The position numbers were made by a program, and so were the translations under genes. The notes under the pieces are model-generated. The model had not been told where the DNA came from. It did not search any database and saw only the letters and a program-made list of their open reading frames with translations. From Octopus vulgaris (lineage: Eukaryota), in contig OX597823.1 of the NCBI GenBank assembly GCA_951406725.2, positions 16,616,001-16,680,000 of the forward strand: DNA of 64,000 nt, written 5' to 3'. Of the stretch, positions 53,975-64,000 are shown in pieces. Each line of letters starts with the position of its first letter. Position 1 is the first letter of the stretch.

Positions 53975-54285
53975 TCATCCTCATCATCTTTTAATGTCCG
54001 CCTTCAGTACTGGCATGAATTGGACGGTTTGACTGAGGACTGGTAAGCCAGGAGATTGCGCCAGACCTCAATCTGTCCAGGAAAGGTTTCTACAGCTGGA
54101 TGCCCTTCCTAATGCCAACCATTCCAAGAGTGTAGTGGGTGCTTATGTGCCACTGGCACAGGGGCAAGTCAGGCAGCACTGGTATTGACCATGCCCAAAT
54201 GGTGCTTTTTACATGTCAGCAGCATAGGAGACAGTCAAGTGGCACTGGTATTGACCATGCTGAAATGGTGCTTTTTACGTGCCTT
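53975..54285 (-). mobile_element. SINE family C
   Basis: Consensus match with (GAT)n tail. Confidence 0.7.
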
Positions 54286-54384
54286 TATTAATATTTAGCA
54301 GAAGTAACAGAGAGACTCAAGGTCCAAGAGCTACATGCACAAAACTCTCAGACCTAGAGTCACTCTGTTACTTCTGCTAAATAT

Positions 54385-54409
54385 TTATATATATATATCT
54401 ATATATATA

Positions 54410-54464
<55 letters not shown>

Positions 54465-54620
54465 TATATATCTATCTATCTATCTCTATATATCTATATC
54501 TATATATATCTATCTATATATATCTATCTATCTATCTCTATATATCTATATCTATATATCTATCTATATATATATCTATCTATATCTATATATCTATATA
54601 TCTATATCTATCTATCTATC

Positions 54621-54662
<42 letters not shown>
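54385..54662. repeat. (TCTA)n/(TA)n microsatellite
   Basis: Seen directly. Confidence 0.95.
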
Positions 54663-54666
<4 letters not shown>

Positions 54667-55424
54667 GGCTTCTATAGCAATATGAAATATATATAGGTAG
54701 ACACTGATTTGAGATAAAAAGATAAAGAGCACAACTTGTCAACTGACAGACTAGTATTACTATTATTACCAGCTGTAATAGTTTTGCACTGGTGGTAAGG
54801 GGAGAGGGAAAAGACAAAAGGAGAGAGAGAGAGAGAAAGTAATCAAGAAGAGAGGCTGGGAAGTAAATATCACATTTAACACACAAAGTTTTTTCTATTA
54901 TAGCCATTCATTGTTGAAATATAGGTTTATAAGACTGGCAAAACTGTGTGGGAGCATGTGCACTCATTGAACATTTCCTCTCGTGGAGACAAGTATACTT
55001 ATGTGAGAGACACATAAATACTCTCACTTATCTGAGAGTATTTATGCAACACAAATATTCACACATATACATACACACGAGCACATTCATGAACAAATAC
55101 CCAACATATATATACACACACAAAGCTGAAAATAATCTTTCAGTTATTGTTAAAGGATAACAGTGTCATTTGATTGAAGGATGTATTTCTAATCAATGTC
55201 CAGTCTTAGAATACTCAAGGTTCACTAATCAAGATGGAACTTGATTAATCTTTGTATACCAGTAATTAGAGCAATAACAGAATAAAGCAATAAGTAGTAT
55301 ACTCCTTTGTATTCTGATAAACAAGCAATCCCTTCAAAATATATATGGACAAATATATACACACTACAAATAGCCGTTCACACATACATAGACACATATG
55401 ACTACACATAGTCCATCAACATAT

Positions 55425-55426
55425 AG

Positions 55427-55481
<55 letters not shown>

Positions 55482-55940
55482 CACACACACATACACACAC
55501 ACACATATGTGTGTGTATATACACACACACACACACACACAGAGATTGAGATAGAGAAAGAGAGAGAGGGAGATAAATAGAGATAAAGATAGATAGACAG
55601 ATAAATAAAGAGATAGATAGAGAGAGAAAAATAGATAGAGAGAGAAAGAGAGATAGAGAGAGAAAGAGATAGATAGAGAGAGAAAGAGATAGATAGAGAG
55701 AAAGAGATAAATAGAAAGAGAAGATAGAGAGAGAAAGATAGAGAGAAAAAGATAGAGAGATAAATAGATAGACAGATAGATAAAGAGATAGATAGAGAGA
55801 GAAAGAGATAGAGAAATAGAGAGAGAGAGAGAGATAGGGAGATAAATATAGAGATAAATAGATAGACAGATAAAGAGATAGATAGAGAGAGAAAGAGATA
55901 GATAGAGAGAGAGACAGACAGATAAATAGATAGATACACA
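55425..55940. repeat. (TA/CA)n followed by (GA/GATA)n compound microsatellite
   Basis: Seen directly. Confidence 0.95.
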
Positions 55941-57136
55941 TGCATATAGATATAGAGCATACAGATGCCAAACCAAATCTCAGTACTTCAAAAACAAACA
56001 AAGGAAACCGTCATCACTTTCCAACAACCACTGGCATCTCTAGATCCATTCAATGGAATATACAAATGACAAATAATAAGACAAGTATTAAATGATAGGC
56101 CAGGTTCCAAAGGAAATTTATTACATTAATAGAATGATGTTATTATTGGTTAATATCAAGGCAGCAAGCTAGCAGAATTGTTAGCAAGTCGGGCAAAATG
56201 CTTAGTGGTATTTTGTCTGCTGCTACATTCTGTGTTCAAATTCCACCAAGGTTGACTTTACCTTTCACCCTTTCAGGGTTGATGAAATAAGCATCAATCA
56301 CACACTGGGAACGATGTAATCAACTAGCCCCCTTCCCCACCAAAAAATTTTCAAGGCCTTCTGCCTGGAGTAGAAATAATTATTGCTTAATGTCCACTTT
56401 TCTATGCTTGCATAAATCAGAGCTTGTTGAGGCAGGTCTTCTATAGCCAAATACCCTTCCTGTCACTGACCCCCACCTATTTCCAAGCAAGGTGATATTT
56501 CCCCATGGCCAGATATGATTTTCATGGAAGACAGGAAAGAAACAGTGTCGCTTGTATGACAGTGATGCTCATTTACAACCATCACATGATGCCAAGTCAA
56601 GCACACATACACAACAGGCTTCTTTCAGTTTCTATCTACCAATTCACTCACAAGGCTTTTGGTGAGCCTGGAGTTATAGTAGAAGACACTTTCCCAAGGT
56701 GACACACAGTGAGACTGAACTCAAGACCATATGGTTGATTGCTGTAGATTAACATCATCATCATCATCATGCAAGCATTGTTGTTCATTTCCAGTGTTCT
56801 GTGAGAAATCTATCTAGTTATGGGGAAATATAGCCTTGCTTGGAAAACAGTGAGGGTTAGTAACATGAAGAGCATCTAGCCATAGAAAATCTACCTCAAT
56901 AAATTGTATATAGATAATCCTTGCAAGCATGGAACAGTTGACAATAAATGACCATTATAATGATGGAATATAATATATGACATTTCTTTTGAACTCTTTT
57001 TTCTCTTATATATTTTTTTGCTAATCCATCTACTTTTTGATTTCCATATCTGTACAATCTGATAATCAAACCACTTATTTTTATATTATTTTCAGATAAA
57101 TATATTTTTAACAGTATTGCATCGCCTAATCGCTAC

Positions 57137-57472
57137 CTGCATGGCCTTACTGGCATTTGTCCTGGTGGTATGTAAAAAACCATTCGAGCGAGGTCGTTGC
57201 CAGTGCCGCTGGACTGGCTCCTGTGCAGGTGGCACATAAAAAGCACCATTTGAGCGTGGCCATTGCCAGTACCGCCTGACCGGCCCTCGTGCCGGTGGCA
57301 CATAAAAGCACCCACTACACTCTCAGAGTGGTTGGCATTAAGAAGGGCATCCAGCTGTAGAAACTCTGCCAGATCAGATTGGAGACTGGTGCAGCCATCT
57401 GGTTCACCAGACCTCAGTCAAATCATCCAACCCATGCTAGCATGGAAAGTGGACGTTAAACGATGAGGACGA
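57137..57472 (+). mobile_element. SINE family C
   Basis: Consensus match. Confidence 0.75.
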
Positions 57473-58497
57473 TTTTCAATTTTTCTCTTAACACAACCTG
57501 TTTTTCTTAACTGATATAATTCTAGATTAGATAAACTATCAGTAAATAAAAATCATTTTTCCTTGGTATTTCTTTAGCAGACACTAAAAATGTTACTCTC
57601 CAACACTCTAGTGTAAAATTGCAATGTTAATCTGATATTTTTCTTCAGATGTTCAAAATTCCAAGCAGCTGCCACCCTATGCATCTGTATAAATTTGACA
57701 TGTCTGTATCATTAGCCTTGTTGTTAATATAATCAGATTGGTGTAGGTTTCATATGTGTGTGTGTGTGTGTGTAATATATCATTTACATTGTTACAGTGG
57801 ATTTAGTCGCTATGTAATGAAAATTTTGACACCAAGAAACAAATGAAAAGTGAATGACATTTTTTATGCCTCCTTCAATAGTAAAAATGTGTCCCTCATG
57901 ATGTAACTGCTCTAGTCTCCAAACACAGTTTCAAATAAAGTCATATGCTAAACAATTACTACTTTAGCAATTTCATTGATTAACCAACTCCCTCTTTCTC
58001 TCACACAAACCTCAACTTACGTTGGCAATTGGTTCCAAGATATACAACTTCATTTGAAAAACGATGTAACGCAAAAAAAAAAAACAACATTGTAAATATT
58101 TTATTAGCTTATATCTGTTTTAATAAATGGTTTATACATATTTTCACAAGTATTTTTATTTGGTTTTCCAGTTTAGTATTGGTTTTTAGATATGCTTGTT
58201 AAGACTGGCGTAAAGTCAGATACATCAATCAAAGTTTATTTTCTTCATTAACTGCTTTAAAAAAATTTTGTAAATTTTCAAAAGATGTAACTTGGAACAA
58301 TGTAAGCTGAGGCATGCCTGTATAATGGGCTTTCTTTCATGCAAAAGGATTCAGTTATGGAATTGTGGTCATGCTGGAGCATTACCTTCTATATTTATAT
58401 CTATATATAAAATTAAATAAGGGTAGAAATTGATGTTAATCAATTAAAATCAGTGGCTTGGTATATTTAAACAATCTGAAGATTAAAAATTATGATA

Positions 58498-58868
58498 CAT
58501 ACAAAATTTAGAGGAATGACCACTAAAGTGGACACCCAATATGCTAAACATAGATGTTAAATTGCGATTTCGGTGTTTTGCTGAAATTTTTTTTTTGAGA
58601 ATACATTCTTCATGGTAATGACGATTTGATGTCTATGTTTAGCATATCTGCGTGTTCGCATACGTGGATATTAACAAGTGAAACCATTGGTACGTAGGTA
58701 ATCGTTTTTATTTCGTATGTTTTCATTTGCCTTGCTCATTTTTTACATTTTGGTGTTTTGCTGAGATTTTTTTCATGAGAATACATTCTTCATAGTAATG
58801 ACGATTTGACATCTATGTTTAGCATATAGGGTGGCCACTTTAGTGGTCATACCTCTAAATTTTGTATG
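58498..58868. repeat. Inverted plus direct repeat module, possibly a Penelope-like pLTR remnant
   Basis: About 58498-58563 inverted versus 58802-58868; about 58569-58647 direct versus 58749-58827. Confidence 0.6.
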
Positions 58869-58880
58869 TGTGTGTGTGTG

Positions 58881-58920
<40 letters not shown>

Positions 58921-58921
<1 letters not shown>

Positions 58922-59294
58922 TTTTCTTTTATTTGTTTCAGTCATTTGACTGTGGTCATACTGGAGCACTGCCTTTAGTTGACCCCAAGATTTATTCTTT
59001 GTAAGCCCAGTACTTATTCTATCGGTGCCTTTTGCCAAACCGCTATGTTACAGGGACATAAACACACCAACATCAGTTGTCAAGCAACGGTGGAGGACAA
59101 ACACAGACACAAATACACACACACACACACACACGACAGGATTCTTTCAGTTTCCGTCTATAAAATCCACTCACAAGGTTTCGGTCGGCCCGAGGCTATA
59201 GAAGACACTTGCCCAAGGTGCCACGCAGTGGGACTGAATCCGGAACCATGTAGTTGGGAAGCAAGCTTCTTACCACACAGCCACTCCTGCACCT
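58921..59294 (-). mobile_element. SINE family A
   Basis: Consensus match. Confidence 0.8.
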
Positions 59295-59699
59295 ATATAT
59301 ATTAATTATATATACGAGGGCACATGGTCTAGTGTTTAGAATGCTGCATTCATAATTACAAGATTGTGGTTTCAGATCTAGGACTACATTATTTCTGCTA
59401 CCTTAAAAAGTAAAAAGACACACAGGATAATGTAAGGGTGGGGTATACCTAAAGGACAAAAAAAATGAGACAGTCATGGTTGGAATGTTATGTCTTCAAT
59501 TAGAGGTTTGCTTAATCAGAGTTAATCTGAAGCTAAACAAAAAGAGTCATCATCAACTCACTATGTACCATATCGCCTAGACCTCCACCACCATGCATCA
59601 CAAACAACACTATATCACCCCTATTATCAATAGACACCACTTCCATACCATGTCACCATCATCATCAAACCTTCAACACTGCACCATGACTATCACTAT

Positions 59700-59973
59700 A
59701 CACCACCACCAACATCACCACCACCATCACCACCACCACCACCAACATCACCATCACCACCATCACCACCACCACCATCACCACCACCAACATCATCACC
59801 ACCACCACCACCACCATCACCACCACCACCATCACCAACATCACCACCACCACCATCACCACCACCAACATTATCACCACCACCACCACCAACATCACCA
59901 CCACCACCACCACCATCACCACCACCAACATCACCACCACCATCACCACCATCACCACCATCACCAACATCAT
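59700..59973. repeat. (CAC/CAT/CAA)n trinucleotide repeat, intronic, about 40 bp from a CCDC14 donor
   Basis: Seen directly. Confidence 0.95.
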
Positions 59974-60013
59974 CCTTGCCAACAATAGAAGAAGGAGTCA
60001 TTAACTAACTTAC

Positions 60014-60162
60014 CCTTTTACCAAGGTCCTTCACCAGATATTCTTGTTCATTCTTCAGATCCTTAATTACATGTTCATGGTGATGCATCTGCAACTGGTT
60101 CTGTAATTTCTCTTCATCGACATGTTTCTCCAAAGTTAAAAGCTGAAGCTGAAGTTCCAAGA
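60014..60162 (-). CDS. CCDC14: CCDC14-like gene, internal coding exon
   Basis: Acceptor tttgcaacag, donor gtaagt, 149 nt, phase 1 in and phase 0 out. Encodes coiled-coil LELQLQLLTLEKHVDEEKLQNQLQMHHHEHVIKDLKNEQEYLVKDLGKR. Confidence 0.85.
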
Positions 60163-60489
60163 CTGTTGCAAATTAATGTTTAAAAACCAATATAAACGTT
60201 CTTATTAATCACTGACCAATATTGTCTTTGATACTTTCATAAAGCATAGGAAACAAATCTGGATATGTTCCAGTTTTAGTCCCCCATCAGCAAAGCATAA
60301 ACTTCACCATCACTACCAAAGAAGTAAGGAGGGAATTACTAAAGAAATAATAAAACTGTACAGTTGAAGGTGGAAATAAATAGAAATATTTAGAGAATAA
60401 ATTACTTTTTCAAGATCATTAAATATGTTAAGTTAGTGTTAACACATTTGATGCAGGGAGCTTTATATATGTTAACTACATATATAAAT

Positions 60490-61240
60490 GTTATTGTCGA
60501 CAGCGATTTGCGTTGGACAAAACACATCACTAAAATTGCCAAGAAGGCTGAGGGTGTCTTGGCATCACTCACCAAGTCCTTTGTGAGCCGCTCTCCGGCT
60601 ATCTATCTGCGGCTTTATATAGCTATGGTAAGACCTCACCTGGAATTTGCATCACTGGTCTGGAACCCTTATCTTGCCCAGGATATTAATCATCTGGAAG
60701 CCGTTCAGCGACATGCAACCAAAAGAATACCCTCCATCAGGCATTTGCCATATTCTGAATGCCTTACTTCCCTGGGCATGGACACATTGAAACTCCGATG
60801 TCTGGCAGCTGACTTGGCAGACACCCATAAAATTATTAACCATCTTACAAACAATAACTCTGAGCACCTTTTCAAACTCCACCCGTCTAACACCCGTGGA
60901 CATATTTACAAAGTCAGAAAACAGCACAGCTCCCATGACTTTCGGAAACATTTTTTCACGCTGAGAGTTGCTGAAGCATGGAACAAACTGCCGGCATCAG
61001 TTGTTAGTTGTCAGAGCACTGCATCCTTCAAAAATTCCATGCTTTCTGAGATTCGCCAACACTACACCTGATTTTCTCCCCTCCATACACACACAAGCAT
61101 GTATCTGACTCATACATTATTCACTTTCCAGACATTTGTACATTACTGCATATACTTTATACGCACTGTCTGACAAGTTGTGGTGCACCTGAGCACTGTA
61201 TACAATAATTTCATTATTATTATTCATTATTATTATTATT
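60490..61240 (+). mobile_element. CR1-group LINE 3' end
   Basis: VIVDSDLRWTKHI..LYIAMVRPHLEFAS.VWNPY..DINHLEAVQR..TRGH..FFTLRVAEAWNKLP, followed by an (ATT)n tail. Confidence 0.88.
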
Positions 61241-61392
61241 AAATACAGCACAAGATTAGTTAAGGATTTTCTAAATTATAACAATTTACAGGACCAGTAT
61301 TTGTCCCCAATTTCTCTTCAGACTACAAAATCAATAACTGATTAATTTTACAAAAGGCTGCTGCTTCTACTTACAGCAGAGATCTTAATACC

Positions 61393-61625
61393 TATTTCTT
61401 TACTACCCACAAGGGGCTAAACACAGAGAGGACAAACAAGGACAGACAAACGGATCAAGTCAATTATATCGACCCCAGTGCGTAACTGGTACTTAATTTA
61501 TCGACCCCGAAAGGATGAAAGGCAAAGTCGACCTCAGCGGAATTTGAACTCAGAACGTAGCGGCAGACGAAATACCGCTCAGCATTTCACCCGGCATGCT
61601 AACGTTTCTGCCAGCTCGCCGCCTT
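61393..61625 (-). mobile_element. SINE family B
   Basis: Full copy; ttaatacc on both flanks. Confidence 0.85.
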
Positions 61626-62011
61626 TTAATACCAAGGCAGTGTTTGCTTACAGCTAGATAGACTTATGTTATGGCTATGGATGATGTACAATGCCAATCG
61701 CAAAATATAGACTGCTACTCTTTGACTGTAAAACACATTGAACCACCTGCGGCATAATCTTCTAGTTTATTCCACTGTGCAGTACAATGTAACAGACAAT
61801 GAAGGCGACTGGGCAATGTTGAGAGTGAAGTGTCTTGGTTGTGTATGCTCTGTATTTTCACAATATGAACTTCAATGTTTGGGTTACTTGTGTGGTAACT
61901 AAAAGACTCAACCATCTGCAGCACTTATATTCTTTTACTGATTTCACCTATTAGACTGTAGCATTCTGGGATACCGTTTTCAAACATTTTAGTTGAGTGC
62001 ATCACCCCAGT

Positions 62012-62326
62012 GGAGGCGCAATGGCCCAGTGGTTAGGGCAGCGGACTCGCGGTCGGAGGATCGCAGTTTTGATTCCCAGACCAGGCGTTGTGTGTGTTTA
62101 TTGAGCAAAAACACCTAAAGCTCCCCTAGGCTCCGGCAGGGGGTGGTGGCGATCCCTGTTGTACTTTTTCGCCCCAACTTTCTCTCACTCTTTCTTCCTG
62201 TTTCTTGAGTAATGCTGCAATGGACTGGCGTCCCGTCCAGCTGGGGGGAAACACATATCCCATAGAAACCTGGAAACTGGGCCCATGAGCCTGGCTAGGC
62301 TTGAAAAGGGCGCATAATAATAATAA
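62012..62326 (+). mobile_element. tRNA-derived SINE, head family D, V-domain-like tail
   Basis: Same head as 1503-1887, atggactggcgtcccgtccag block, (TAA)n tail, TSD atcaccccagt. Confidence 0.82.
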
Positions 62327-62662
62327 TCACCCCAGTACTTATGTGAATCTGATACATACTTCATTGCTTGATTTACTAAATAATTAAGAAACCTATTTAT
62401 GTAAATAGACACAGCTCAAAAATATTATTTTACACCTGTTTACACAGGTAGACATTCACAAATACACACACATACACACAAAATATATTTCAACACAGTT
62501 TTTAGTTACCAAATTCCATGTACAAAGCATTGGTCATCTTAAGACTATAGTTAAAGGCTTTTTCCCCGAAAGGTCATATAAATTTTGTGATTGTAAAGCT
62601 AACTTCTTAACTACACAGTTTCTATGCCTGCACTTATATAATTAATCTCAGAAAATATTAAC

Positions 62663-62733
62663 TTTCACGTCTATGGTCTTCCTCCATCTTCTTTTCCACT
62701 TGAGCTTTCTCTTCGGCAAGCATCCTCAAACTC
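62663..62733 (-). CDS. CCDC14: CCDC14-like gene, internal coding exon (most 5' exon found in the window)
   Basis: Acceptor tttgtgattgcag, then (R)SLRMLAEEKAQVEKKMEEDHRRE, resembling the RQLRILNQQLRE segment I recall from vertebrate CCDC14. Donor is gttaat (exon edge 62663) or gtgaaa (edge 62669); both are phase 1, matching the next exon. Confidence 0.7.
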
Positions 62734-63369
62734 CTGCAATCACAAACAAAATAATAAATTATAACCAGTAATAACAAGGCAAAGTGAACAAAACCTTATA
62801 TCAGGTATAGCTATGAATGTAAATGTGTAGTAAATAAGATACTGGTGATGACTGTTGTTAATCACTCCCGAAGATAAATCTAGCAGATATATGATTAAAG
62901 GCACCCCAGCCATGAGCATGCCTTGCTTTTTAGTATAGTGTAGTCTTTAGTTTATGAAATGGAGGATATGATATGCATGAGATTTAGCTGCTATTTCCAG
63001 CATCTCGGTCAACCATAGAGAATTTCTCTCTGGATATTAACACCTCAATATTGAATAGGTTTTGGTTTTATTTTGACAAAATATTTTAAGAAAATTGAAA
63101 ATGATGTTCACATGTTTCTTCAAATCTGACCTCACATTTTTATAGCACTGCCAAAGTGTTATAAAGAGGAGTTTTCCTCTTCACAAAGGCCAGAAAAACT
63201 TTTCTTCTAAGCTGTTGCTAGTATGACATTTACATTGGAATATAACTCCAATATCTAAGATAGTGTTTGCATACACACACATCCTAGATCACTTCCAAAA
63301 GAAGACCATTTGGTTGATTAGCATAGACCTACTCATTCATCAACACACAAGGAAGTCTCTACAAAGTCA

Positions 63370-63750
63370 CGTTTAATGTCTGCTTTCCATGCTAGCATGG
63401 GTTGGACAATTTGACTGAGGACTGGCGAACCAGATGGCTGCACCAGGCTCCAATCTGATCTGGCAGAGTTTCTACAGCTGGATGCCCTTCCTAACGCCAA
63501 CCACTCCGAGAGTGTAGTGGGTGCTTCTACGTGCCACTGGCATGAGGGCCAGTTAGGTGGCACTAGCAATAGCCATGCTCAGATGGTGTTTTTTTATGTG
63601 CCACCTGCTCAGGAGCCAGTCCAGCGGCACTGGCAATGACCTCGTTCGAATGTTTTATCACGTGCCACCAGCACAAGTGCCAGTAAGGCGACACTGGTAA
63701 CGATCACATTCGAATGGTGCTTTTTATGTGCCACCGGCACAGAAGCCAGT
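63370..63750 (-). mobile_element. SINE family C
   Basis: Consensus match with tandem subrepeats. Confidence 0.75.
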
Positions 63751-64000
63751 TCAAATCTCCCTCAAATCACACCACCTTAAAAAGGAAAGGACACATTAAA
63801 TAAGGTAATCCTACATAACCCTTGAAAAAGCAAGAAAGTCATAACTGATGTGTCACTGATCACGTCAGTCAGCACAATCAGGGATTACAGAGATGCTAAT
63901 CAACAACGCTGACTTCTATTTTCACTGCAACAGCTACTGCTCCCTTAAACTAACATGATACATGCTGCTCTCCAACTCAACCTTCCTGTTGCACCAGCTC

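Noticed and set aside
59593-60001. Poly-His or Gly/Asp-rich protein ORFs
   Set aside because: A trinucleotide repeat in an intron, just beyond a canonical gtaagt donor; no independent coding evidence.
61715-61924. Possible extra CCDC14 exon
   Set aside because: No polypyrimidine tract, not coiled-coil-like, and the flanking exons already join in phase.

Overview
AT-rich, repeat-dense animal genomic DNA, not prokaryotic. The SINE families, the abundance of microsatellites and the large introns point to a coleoid cephalopod, most likely Octopus (inference from repeat content). Nearly all ORFs in the supplied track are artefacts of microsatellites or SINEs. One well-supported host gene is present: the 3' part of a CCDC14-like centriolar-satellite coiled-coil gene on the minus strand, with five phase-compatible GT-AG exons from 62733 down to the stop at 41444; its 5' end lies beyond the window. 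A second, unrecognised candidate is a spliced minus-strand microprotein gene (23830 to 13018, 86 aa, with a CCLCCLC cysteine string) that the ORF track cannot show. The rest is transposon-derived: three decayed mariners, a hAT, a Chapaev3-like transposon, Tc1-type and piggyBac-type MITEs, five non-autonomous Helitrons, R4/Dong, RTE and CR1 LINE fragments, four SINE families, and Penelope-like pLTR remnants carrying hammerhead ribozyme cores. There is also a 75-bp minisatellite, a degenerate interstitial telomere-like tract and a long imperfect hairpin. No CRISPR array, rRNA or bona fide tRNA gene was seen. Coordinates of degraded repeats are approximate.
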